Positions 30,858 through 39,668 of a DNA stretch of 64,000 nt are shown here, one piece after another. Under the pieces are notes generated by a model that worked only from the letters and a program-made list of their open reading frames with translations, was not told the DNA's origin and ran no database searches. The DNA lies in the NCBI GenBank assembly GCA_963783575.1, contig CAWAOD010000003.1, positions 256,001 through 320,000 of the forward strand. Reading direction: 5' to 3'. The position numbers and the translations under genes are program-made. This stretch comes from an uncultured Spirochaetota bacterium. Its GTDB lineage: Bacteria; Spirochaetota; Brevinematia; Brevinematales; JAOACQ01. Numbering within the stretch: position 1 is the stretch's first letter; each line of letters begins with the position of its first letter.

Positions 30858-31232
30858 TCACTTCTGTGTAGCTGTTCCCTGGACATCTTTTTGCTGTCCC
30901 TGAACATTGGTCTCTATATTTGTCGGAGCGATTAACTGGGAAGGCGTTGTTCCAGCCGGAGTCTGTTCTGCCGGAACAGGCTGGTTTTTTCTCATTAAAG
31001 ATTTTGTTTCCTGAATTCTTAAATAACCAAGAATAAGGGCTAATATCATGAAAATTCCCACCAGCCACTGTGTGAATTTAACAAGAACCTCGCTGGTTTT
31101 TGCCCCAAATGCCCCCATAGTCATATCATTACCGAACATACCGGATTGCGCCCCGCTTCCCGACTGCATTAATATAGTTGGAATTAATAATATAACTACA
31201 ATAATAAATATGATCAATAAAAATGTAAACAT
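30858..31232 (-). CDS. secG: Preprotein translocase subunit SecG
   Basis: Two TM helices with 'ILMQSG.G...FG...FG' linker and 'L.KFT' motif. Confidence 0.88.
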   Translation of the reverse strand: MFTFLLIIFIIVVILLIPTILMQSGSGAQSGMFGNDMTMGAFGAKTSEVLVKFTQWLVGIFMILALILGYLRIQETKSLMRKNQPVPAEQTPAGTTPSQLIAPTNIETNVQGQQKDVQGTATQK

Positions 31233-31329
31233 ACGACCTCCAAATTCAATTATCCTAAATTGAGCGATTTTATATTAGATTCTTAAATAAACAGTTGATA
31301 AAAATCGCTTATTTTATGTTTATCCTTAA

Positions 31330-31839
31330 TCAAAACCTGATAAGTGAAAACACGGGATATTTAATTTTTTCCCGTCCTTTTAGTGCTTCCAGTTCAACTA
31401 AAAAAATCAATTCTATAATATTACCGCCGAGTTTTTCTATAAGCCCCGCAATAGCCCTTGATGTTCCTCCGGTAGCAAGCAAATCATCAATAATAAGTAC
31501 ATTCTCACCCCTTGTTATTGCATCTTTATGTATCTCAATGGATGCTTCCCCGTATTCCAGGGAATAACTCATCGATACGGTTTCTGCCGGAAGCTTCCCG
31601 GGCTTCCTGGCGGGCACAAAACCGGCGCCAAGCGCATACGCGGCCGGAGCTCCCACAATAAAACCCCTGGATTCGGCCCCGACAATCTTTTGTATTTTTT
31701 TGCCGGCACAATGTTTTACAATTTCGTCAATACTGTTTTTAAAAGCCGCCGCGTCCTTCCAGAGCGTGGTAATATCCTTAAACTGTATACCTTTTTGAGG
31801 AAAATCAGGCACATTTCTTATCATTGCCGAATAATCCAT
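31330..31839 (-). CDS. apt: Adenine phosphoribosyltransferase
   Basis: PDFP..GI.FKDITTL, ESRGF, RKPGKLP, LEYG and IDDLLATGGT. Confidence 0.96.
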   Translation of the reverse strand: MDYSAMIRNVPDFPQKGIQFKDITTLWKDAAAFKNSIDEIVKHCAGKKIQKIVGAESRGFIVGAPAAYALGAGFVPARKPGKLPAETVSMSYSLEYGEASIEIHKDAITRGENVLIIDDLLATGGTSRAIAGLIEKLGGNIIELIFLVELEALKGREKIKYPVFSLIRF

Positions 31840-32034
31840 AATAAGCCTCCGGAAAAATTAAATTAAACTGGAAATACTCCCTGCGCTATTTTTATATTTA
31901 TTATGGGCCTATAATGCTTGTGAACTAATATTTTACATTATTTTTACTGATATGTAAATTTAAATGTAATTTAAATTAAACGGTAAAGCAAGCTATGTCT
32001 GCAAAGCAGGCTAAACAAACGAAAGCTTCCGAAT

Positions 32035-32063
32035 TTGACTAAATAACCACAATAGTATAAAAT
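32035..32063 (+). promoter_or_regulatory. Sigma70-type promoter of the tRNA pair
   Basis: TTGACT-17 bp-TAAAAT, 14 bp before tRNA-Gln. Confidence 0.65.
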
Positions 32064-32077
32064 ATTGATTCTTATAC

Positions 32078-32148
32078 TGGGGCGTTGTCTAATGGTAGGA
32101 CGACAGACTCTGGATCTGTTTGTGAGGGTTCGACTCCTTCCGCCCCAG
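32078..32148 (+). tRNA. tRNA-Gln (anticodon CTG)
   Basis: Acceptor TGGGGCG/CGCCCCA, anticodon arm ACAGA-CTCTGGA-TCTGT and T-loop TTCGACT. CCA not encoded. Confidence 0.93.
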
Positions 32149-32155
32149 AATACAA

Positions 32156-32233
32156 GGCCCCATCGTCTAGCCTGGTCTAGGACACCGCCCTCTCACGGCG
32201 GTGACTCGGGTTCAAATCCCGATGGGGCTACCA
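32156..32233 (+). tRNA. tRNA-Glu (anticodon CTC)
   Basis: Acceptor GGCCCCA/TGGGGCT, anticodon arm CCGCC-CTCTCAC-GGCGG, T-loop TTCAAAT and encoded ACCA. Confidence 0.95.
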
Positions 32234-32558
32234 TATCAAACTTATCAATCTTTTTGTAATTCATTGAAAATTAAAGAAGTTGAGGTGGTTTTAAATGATT
32301 CGACTTCAATATCTTTATCAAGTTTATCCTGATGGTAAATATAGTAATGATACTAATAATTCACTTACATTATTTACATTTTTATCCAAGTAGCATTATC
32401 AAGGAAATGAGAAATTGATAGTGTTAATAAATAGAATATCGTTATTAAGCTCAAACCATAAAATTATAGGATAAAACATTTGTATATGACAGCAAAATTA
32501 CATTTGATAAGAATGAAAATATAAAATAAGTTTTAAATTCTTTTTTTGGAGTTATTAT

Positions 32559-33530
32559 ATGCTGTTAAAGACATTTTTAATTATATTTTCTACCTCAATA
32601 TTTCTATTGCTATCTTGTTCCTTAAACAATTTGAATCTGCGGCATACTAATAACAAACAAAATTATACTTATAGCGAGGTTGATGCTTTAGCTGTTTCCA
32701 GCTCAGATATTTATGCCTGTGGTTTAATAAATTCGATGCCCTGTATATGGAAAAATGGCAAATTGCTTTATATGACAAACATATTTTGTTCATCGATATC
32801 AATTGCTATTTCTGAAACTAATATCTATGCGGGATTAAATGATATAGATTTTGGAGGTGTATGGATCAATGGCCAGACAATAAATATTTATACTAATATC
32901 TATGGATTAAATGCTTTGGCTATATCTGGAACTAATATTTATGGTATTTGTAATAACCCCTATAAGGCTGACTTGTTAATAAATGGAGCAATTTTAGAGT
33001 TAACTACAAATTATGCGGCATTTATTTCCGCATTGGTTGTAATAGATACTAATATTTATGCGGGCTGCAATTTTTATACATTTGAAGACAGCTTTGATAC
33101 ATCTACATATCTCTATGTGAATGGTGTCTTTACAATGATTACAAATATTCCGTCCTGTATTAGTGCAGTTGCAATTTCAGGAACAAATATTATCATGGCC
33201 GGTTCATTTTGTAGTACATATAGTTTGTATCCGACAATGTTTGTCTGGCAGAATGGTGTGTTTACCAGTTTGACAAATATTTGTTCGGTGGCGAATTCAT
33301 TAGCCGTATCCGGGACAGATGTTTATGCTGGAGGAGAAATATCTAATCAGTCCTGTGTGTGGAAAAATGGAAAAGCGGTAATAACATTCCCGTCTATACC
33401 ATCCCGGTTTATGAATTCTATGGTTATTTACGGAACTGATATTTATGTTTGCGGCAGTTATTGGGATATAAATAATCAAATTGCATGTCTCTGGAAAAAC
33501 GGCATCTTAATTCCAATAACAAACTCATAA
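32559..33530 (+). CDS. Lipoprotein with beta-propeller repeats
   Basis: Lipobox LLSC. Repeats of 'LAISGTNIY..G...WKNG', related to the 406-1968 protein. Confidence 0.7.
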   Translation: MLLKTFLIIFSTSIFLLLSCSLNNLNLRHTNNKQNYTYSEVDALAVSSSDIYACGLINSMPCIWKNGKLLYMTNIFCSSISIAISETNIYAGLNDIDFGGVWINGQTINIYTNIYGLNALAISGTNIYGICNNPYKADLLINGAILELTTNYAAFISALVVIDTNIYAGCNFYTFEDSFDTSTYLYVNGVFTMITNIPSCISAVAISGTNIIMAGSFCSTYSLYPTMFVWQNGVFTSLTNICSVANSLAVSGTDVYAGGEISNQSCVWKNGKAVITFPSIPSRFMNSMVIYGTDIYVCGSYWDINNQIACLWKNGILIPITNS

Positions 33531-33737
33531 TTGATGCTCACTTAACGCCAGCTAAATCAGCCCTGAAGTATTTCATTTTTTGTAAATCTTCCTAACCTAT
33601 TTATAAAATCGGCTAATTTATCCCCTATATATGGGTAAAAAAGGGCTTTTAGAAAAAATTCAAATAATCAGATTATTCTTTGACAATATCTATTAAAAGT
33701 AGGAAAATAAAGAACTTATCATTTAAGGATTAATTTA

Positions 33738-36602
33738 ATGGATACTAACTTTGAAAAAGCCTATGATGAGGTTAGATCATTAGTCGATACCTTCAAAACC
33801 AATGAACAGCATTACCTTTCAAATGATTATCAGGAAGCGGAAGTAAGAAAAGATTTTATTGATAAGTTTTTCATTGCCCTGGGCTGGGATGTAAACCACG
33901 ATGAGCAGAAAAATCCTTACCATCAGGAAGTTAAAATCGAAAAAACCCAGAGCAATCAAAAACGCCCGGATTATGCCTTTTATTTAGACCCGGATTATAA
34001 AGACCCAGTGTTATTTGTCGAGGCAAAGAAATCGGCAAGCGACCTTGATAATCCGGACTATTATTTTCAAACCATAAAATACGGGTGGAATGCAAATACC
34101 CCTATCGCTCTATTAACGGATTTTGAGGAACTTCATATTCTGGACTGCCGGTATAAACCGAATTTAAAACATATATTCAACGCTTCACATAAGGAATATC
34201 ATTATTCACAATTTACAGATAAGGAAATATTTTCAGAAATTTATTATCTATTTTCCCGTGAAGCAGTATCCGGAAATTCTCTTGAAGAATACGCAAAGAG
34301 TTTAGGTAAACCGTCGGGTAAAGCGATACAAAATGAATTATTCAAACTGGAAACAAAACCTATTGATGAGGATTTTCTTCTCTATATTGATTCCCTGCGT
34401 GAAACATTGGCAAAAGCCTTTAAGAAGAATGACATTGAATTAAACAGCGGAGAACTTACCGAGGCGGTACAGAGAACAATAGACAGGCTTGTATTTATCC
34501 GTTTTCTGGAAGACAAACAAATTGAGCCGGATTATTATATCGATAAATTTGGGGACAGCGGGAGCTCATGGAAGGATTTTATATCAGTTTGCAGAAGATT
34601 TGATGCAAAATACAACGGCGTGGTATTCAAGAAACATTTTATTGACGGTCAGAATTTCAGTGGGCCGGAATTATCGGAATTTTCAGAGATATGCAATGAT
34701 ATCTGCCATTTAAATTCGCCTTATGATTTTGATAAAATCCCGGTTCATATTTTAGGTTCGATTTATGAACGATTTTTAGGTAAGATAGTCCATGCTACGG
34801 ATCAAAGGGTTAAGATTGAAGAAAAACCGGAAGTCAGGAAAGCCGGGGGCGTTTATTACACACCTAAATATATCATGGATTATATCGTTAAAAATACGGT
34901 AGGTCAATTGATAGAAGGAAAAACCCCGCTGGAAATATCAAAGCTCAGAATTGCGGATATCGCCTGCGGAAGCGGCTCATTTTTGATCGGGGCTTATGAA
35001 TACCTGCTTGACTATCATAAACGCTATTATCATAACAATCCGGATAAAGCTAAAAAAGACGGCTGTCTTGAAAATGACGGCAATTATGTCCTCAGCATTA
35101 AACAAAAACAGAAAATACTATTGAATAATATTTACGGCGTTGATATCGACCCCCAGGCGGTTGAGGTCACGGAATTATCCCTTTATCTTAAAATGCTTGA
35201 GGATGAATCAACCGCAACGGCTAACGATATGCAGGTTTTATTTCATGAGAAAATATTACCCGATTTAAAAAATAGTATAATCTGCGCCAATTCGCTTATC
35301 GGGACTGATATATTAACTGAAGGTCTGTTTTCCGGCGATAAAGAACGCAAATTAAACCCAATGGATTTTAAAACAGCATTCCCGGAAGTATTTAAAAACG
35401 GTGGATTTGATGCAATAGTTGGAAACCCGCCTTTTATTCAATTATCTGCTGATCCTGGATTGGATGAAGATGTAAAAAAATATCTTCTTCAAATTTATAA
35501 ATCTTCAATGGGAAGATTAAATACTTTTGGTTTTTTTATTGCAAGAGCAATTAATATAATAAAAAGTGATTGTTTAGTTGGGTATATTGTTCCGAATACT
35601 ATTCAAGATTATTATAGCGATTTAAGAAAAAATATTCTTGATACCTGTTTGATTAACTCAATTGTAACTTTTGATAAATTACCTTTTAAAGACGCTATCG
35701 TTGAAAATGTAATATTAATTTTGAAAAAAAATAATACTGAAAATATTAGAATTGAGAACAATGTTAATTTAATTCATTATGGTAATATCTCATTTATTAC
35801 GAAAAAAAGTATTCTTCAAAAATCCTTTATTAGTAGTCCTCATTATAGTTTTAATATTAATTTAGAGCCCAAAAAAGAGGTTTTAAAGAAAAAGTTTGAA
35901 GAAAATTCAATTCAACTTGGTTCATTATTTGAGATAAATCAAGCAATTGCATTAAAGAATGATAGAAGTAAATGGATATCAAAAACTAAGGTTAATACTA
36001 ATTATAAACCATTATTAGTTGGTGGAAAAAATATTAATAGATACGAACTTATTTGGGATGGAACATATCTAAATTATGATTTAAAAGGAATTCATAGTTG
36101 TAAAAGACAGGATATTTTTCTTACAAATGAGAAAATATATTTTAGAAGAGTTGCTAATAAATTAATTGCAACTATTGATACAGAAAAATTTTATGGCTTG
36201 CACACTTTAGTTGTGATGAATCTAAAACAAGGTAATAATGAATATAATATTCGTTATTTTTTAGGTATTTTAAATTCAGCACTATTTTCCTTTTATTATA
36301 GAATTGCATTCGCATCTAATAAAACTGTATTCTCAGAAGTTGGAGCACGACAAGTTCAATTATTGCACGTTCCAAAAATCAACTTCCAAATACAAAATGA
36401 GAAATCAGAACACGATAAAATGGTTCAGTTAGTTGATCAAATGTTAAATGTAAAAAAGATATTACAAGATACAAAAACCGACCGGGATAAAGACTATTAT
36501 GAAAGGCGGTGTAAAGAGCTGGACAATCAAATTGACCGTCTGGTTTATGAATTGTATGGTTTGACTGAGGAAGAAATTAAGATTGTGGAAGATAAAGAGT
36601 AA
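33738..36602 (+). CDS. Type IIG (Eco57I-like) fused restriction-modification enzyme, N6-adenine MTase
   Basis: N-terminal PD...EAK nuclease (RPDY...FVEAKK), GVYYTP, DIACGSGSFL (motif I), NPPF (motif IV), TaqI-C-like TRD and the 'IDRLVYELYGLTEEEI' tail. Confidence 0.9.
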   Translation: MDTNFEKAYDEVRSLVDTFKTNEQHYLSNDYQEAEVRKDFIDKFFIALGWDVNHDEQKNPYHQEVKIEKTQSNQKRPDYAFYLDPDYKDPVLFVEAKKSASDLDNPDYYFQTIKYGWNANTPIALLTDFEELHILDCRYKPNLKHIFNASHKEYHYSQFTDKEIFSEIYYLFSREAVSGNSLEEYAKSLGKPSGKAIQNELFKLETKPIDEDFLLYIDSLRETLAKAFKKNDIELNSGELTEAVQRTIDRLVFIRFLEDKQIEPDYYIDKFGDSGSSWKDFISVCRRFDAKYNGVVFKKHFIDGQNFSGPELSEFSEICNDICHLNSPYDFDKIPVHILGSIYERFLGKIVHATDQRVKIEEKPEVRKAGGVYYTPKYIMDYIVKNTVGQLIEGKTPLEISKLRIADIACGSGSFLIGAYEYLLDYHKRYYHNNPDKAKKDGCLENDGNYVLSIKQKQKILLNNIYGVDIDPQAVEVTELSLYLKMLEDESTATANDMQVLFHEKILPDLKNSIICANSLIGTDILTEGLFSGDKERKLNPMDFKTAFPEVFKNGGFDAIVGNPPFIQLSADPGLDEDVKKYLLQIYKSSMGRLNTFGFFIARAINIIKSDCLVGYIVPNTIQDYYSDLRKNILDTCLINSIVTFDKLPFKDAIVENVILILKKNNTENIRIENNVNLIHYGNISFITKKSILQKSFISSPHYSFNINLEPKKEVLKKKFEENSIQLGSLFEINQAIALKNDRSKWISKTKVNTNYKPLLVGGKNINRYELIWDGTYLNYDLKGIHSCKRQDIFLTNEKIYFRRVANKLIATIDTEKFYGLHTLVVMNLKQGNNEYNIRYFLGILNSALFSFYYRIAFASNKTVFSEVGARQVQLLHVPKINFQIQNEKSEHDKMVQLVDQMLNVKKILQDTKTDRDKDYYERRCKELDNQIDRLVYELYGLTEEEIKIVEDKE

Positions 36603-36649
36603 ATGAAAGAAACGAACTATGAAAAGGAGGAAACCAAATTGAAAATTGC

Positions 36650-36678
36650 TTGACTTTTTAAATAATAATGGCGATAAT
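36650..36678 (+). promoter_or_regulatory. Sigma70-type promoter upstream of the NYN gene
   Basis: TTGACT-17 bp-GATAAT, followed by the perfect palindrome ACATATTAATATGT (36683-36696). Confidence 0.55.
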
Positions 36679-36713
36679 ATACACATATTAATATGTTATA
36701 AATATGTTTTTAT

Positions 36714-36774
36714 CCCGGCATCGTCTTGTGCGGTGTTGGCCCCGGAATCGTTGTGGTTCCGGGTATTTTTTTTT
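36714..36774 (+). promoter_or_regulatory. Twin-hairpin leader RNA ending in an intrinsic terminator, upstream of the NYN gene
   Basis: CCGGCATCG-TCTTGTG-CGGTGTTGG, then CCCGGAATC-GTTGT-GGTTCCGGG followed by T9. Confidence 0.6.
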
Positions 36775-36792
36775 ATAGGGGAAGGGAATGTT

Positions 36793-37410
36793 TTGATAAG
36801 AGTAGCTATTTTTGTTGATGGATTTAATCTTTATCATGCGATTGAAGAATTAAAAATGCCTTATCTTAAATGGATTGATTTAAGAAAATTGTCAAACGCT
36901 TTTGTTACTAAGCAAGAAAATATAGTGTTTATTAAATACTTCACAACTCTAGCAAATTGGAAACCCGAAGGGATGATAAGGCATAAAATCTATATAAGAG
37001 CATTAGAATTAAAAGGTGTCGAAACAGTATATGGGAAATTTAAGTTAAGAGATGTGCATTGTAAAATATGTGGAAAAGATTTTAAAAAACATGAAGAAAA
37101 ACAAACCGATGTTAATATAGCTATATCTTTACTAAAAACGGCTTATGAAGATCGGTATGATAAAGCAATTATTATTACAGGTGATAGTGATATGATTCCT
37201 GCAATAAAAGAAGTAAGGACAACATTCGCAAATAAAAAAGTCGGTGTTGTTATACCTTATATGAAAAGTTCTATTGAATTAATCAATAATTGTGATTTTC
37301 ATATAAGAATGAAATTTTTACACCTTGAAAGGAACAGGTTTGATGATAGAATTGAGATAAGTCCTGGAAACTTTATAGAATGTCCTGAGAAATGGAGAGT
37401 TTCTGTTTAG
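36793..37410 (+). CDS. NYN domain (LabA/DUF88, PIN-like) putative RNase
   Basis: FVDGFNLYH, EKQTDVNIA and ITGDSDMIPA motifs plus a CxxC insert. Probable TTG start at 36793 after GGGAAGGG. Confidence 0.88.
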   Translation: MIRVAIFVDGFNLYHAIEELKMPYLKWIDLRKLSNAFVTKQENIVFIKYFTTLANWKPEGMIRHKIYIRALELKGVETVYGKFKLRDVHCKICGKDFKKHEEKQTDVNIAISLLKTAYEDRYDKAIIITGDSDMIPAIKEVRTTFANKKVGVVIPYMKSSIELINNCDFHIRMKFLHLERNRFDDRIEISPGNFIECPEKWRVSV

Positions 37411-37473
37411 TTTATTATATTGTTTTTAATATTATTTAAACTATTAATCCCAGACTTTGAGCCGTAAACTCCT

Positions 37474-37572
37474 ATCAGCCGGATCGCGGCTGCGATAACG
37501 AAGAAGATCGAAATCCAGCAGAAAATAGACGGGGTTTATGAAAAGGTGGAAGAGGGTTTGATAGAATTTTGA
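37474..37572 (+). pseudogene. 3' remnant of a type ISP restriction-modification gene
   Basis: Translates ISRIAAAITKKIEIQQKIDGVYEKVEEGLIEF*, resembling the C-terminal helix of type ISP enzymes. No start codon or upstream ORF. Confidence 0.5.
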
Positions 37573-37849
37573 TTTGTTTAATAAGTTATTTATTTATTCG
37601 ATTTTTTGAAGAATAAATTTATTCATATCTAGGCTAAATTAAACAGAATAATTTTATGTTTCCTTAAAGAAGATTATAGTAGTTTTTTGATAAAATTTTA
37701 ATTGCCTTTTCAATCCATTCTGTACGAAGATAGTATTATTTTTCAGATTTTTTACCCAACTTGAATATTGAGAAATAAAGTCAATCGTGGATTTATTATC
37801 CGATTTTAACCTTAAAAGCTAATGCCAGATAAAAATACACCCGGTATAT

Positions 37850-39232
37850 TCAAAAATTGGTCGCTTCAATACCGTACCCGTCATCAGCGTCAACTGAGCT
37901 GTAAGTATAAGCATTCCTTTGAGATAGATCAGCTGAAATGGAAATACAGGTAAACGACAAAGGAACTAACGTATAGGTTATATTGGTATTATTAAGAAGC
38001 CCTCCCGTAAAGTTGAAAGAAACTGTATATGGAACTGTTTTATTCCAGTTTACACAATAAACGCTTGCATTACCGGGAGAATCTTTGTAGGCATAAATAC
38101 GGATATCATTCGTTGGCTTTGAACAAAGGACCATGTTCGCAAGGGCATGATTTGAAAGCAATTTATAAATATAATATATAGGCTTGGGTGGCGAGTTAGG
38201 ACGAAGGAAACCGAATATATCATCCGAGGAATAATGACCGATATCCCATGGCATGACAGAGATAATATTCGTATAGGATGCTGATATGTCTGCGAAATCG
38301 GCGAACCATAAGCCCGCTTCGTATGTACCCAGAGATGCTTCCGCAACTGTATTCGAGATATCAGTGCCTGAAGCAACCTGGCATTCTCCGATAATGATCG
38401 GCTGTCCCTGGCCGTAAGTCGTAAAAGTGTTTGTAACAATGGCAAACATATTTTTTATAGCATCATATTGATTCGTTACAGCATCGTAGGTTGCAAGGTA
38501 ATTGAACGCGTAAAACGGATAGTAGTGAATGGATACTGCGTCCACGTACTTTCCGCAATTTTGTAAAATAGATATAAGATAATCTGAGGCTTGATAATAA
38601 TCCCCAAAAAGGTCAGGAACGATTTTTAGCGATGGATATCTGCTTTTTATCGCAGCTGAAACATTGGTTAAGGTATCCAGGTAAACATTCCAATTTGTCA
38701 TATCGGTGTTGGTTAAATTAATATAAAGTTCGGATTCATTACCTATTTCTACCCATGTAATCGGATAACCTTTTGTATTTATATAGTAAGAAAGTATATT
38801 TAAAGCCCTTGAAACCCTTGCGGCCGTATTTGATGAACTTAGAATTGGTATCTGCAGCAAAGGTGTAGCCCCTATACTTGAACAGTAATAAGAAAGACTA
38901 TCCATATAACTTGAGTCGAGAGTTTCCAGCGACTCCTGGTCGAGAGGCGCTCCCCCTGCGCGAAGTAATTTAATATTTAGAGGCTTGATGGCTGCCGCGG
39001 TTCCCTCGAGATCAATCTTGTCCCAGAATCCAATTCCGAAGAAAAGCGGGTTAATTGTGTTGATAACATTAGCCGGAATATTTACTGAAACAGTATTTGT
39101 AACCGGATAGTTTGGATATTTAGGATTGAAATTTCCTCCGGATGAAGAAATAACTGGCGGATTTATTGAACATGCTGCGGTAAAATAGCCTAATGCTGCA
39201 AGCATTGTAATAACAGCCGAAAATCTTTTAAT
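37850..39232 (-). CDS. Lipoprotein glycoside hydrolase, clan GH-A (GH44/GH79/GH51-like)
   Basis: Lipobox TAAC. LRAGG, EIGNE (acid/base), DAVSIHYYP and IGE (nucleophile) motifs. The best RBS-linked start is ATT at 39232. Confidence 0.7.
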   Translation of the reverse strand: MKRFSAVITMLAALGYFTAACSINPPVISSSGGNFNPKYPNYPVTNTVSVNIPANVINTINPLFFGIGFWDKIDLEGTAAAIKPLNIKLLRAGGAPLDQESLETLDSSYMDSLSYYCSSIGATPLLQIPILSSSNTAARVSRALNILSYYINTKGYPITWVEIGNESELYINLTNTDMTNWNVYLDTLTNVSAAIKSRYPSLKIVPDLFGDYYQASDYLISILQNCGKYVDAVSIHYYPFYAFNYLATYDAVTNQYDAIKNMFAIVTNTFTTYGQGQPIIIGECQVASGTDISNTVAEASLGTYEAGLWFADFADISASYTNIISVMPWDIGHYSSDDIFGFLRPNSPPKPIYYIYKLLSNHALANMVLCSKPTNDIRIYAYKDSPGNASVYCVNWNKTVPYTVSFNFTGGLLNNTNITYTLVPLSFTCISISADLSQRNAYTYSSVDADDGYGIEATNF

Positions 39233-39668
39233 TATTAGCCTCCAACTGATAGTAAATTTTATAATTACAACCAAGGATAGGATATTGGTAAGTCATAAAA
39301 ATTGCAAAAAAATGCTGATTTTTCTGGAAGGTAAAAGTTTTTGTTCTTCTTTAATATATGTACTTACAAAAACTTCATGGACAGTTCCATTGGATAAAAA
39401 GTGTAGTTTAAAGAAGATTTTAGAATTGCCAATATTAAATTTAAATTAATTTAGTTAAAAATAATAAAAATAATCTTGTTAATATTTAATTTAAGGAATA
39501 TAATATTGGCACCTCTGAGAAATCAATCCCAAAAATTAATATGCTGCCCGGTAACAATTTAAAATTATGCCCTGATTTATTAAAACCGGCAGCAAATTTC
39601 CTTAAAAAAAAGGATGGAATAGAAGATAATATTTATCCGATAAGAAAAATACAGTCCTGGGAGAAGAT

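Noticed and set aside
30841..31068. N-terminal extension of ispD in the ORF track
   Set aside because: It overlaps secG in another frame. IspD homology begins at ATG 30840.
31981..32031. Possible c-di-GMP-I riboswitch (GCAAAGC...GCTAA)
   Set aside because: Only a short hairpin. The GGCAAAC/GNRA P2 elements are missing and it lies upstream of the tRNA promoter.
32065..32259. 64-aa ORF
   Set aside because: It overlaps the two tRNA genes entirely and is spurious.
36646..36792. N-terminal extension of the NYN ORF
   Set aside because: It spans the promoter and hairpins. The NYN fold starts at RVAIFVDG.
32200..39600. Prophage/ICE with att sites at tRNA-Glu
   Set aside because: No integrase, phage or conjugation genes, and no repeat of the tRNA 3' end found by eye.
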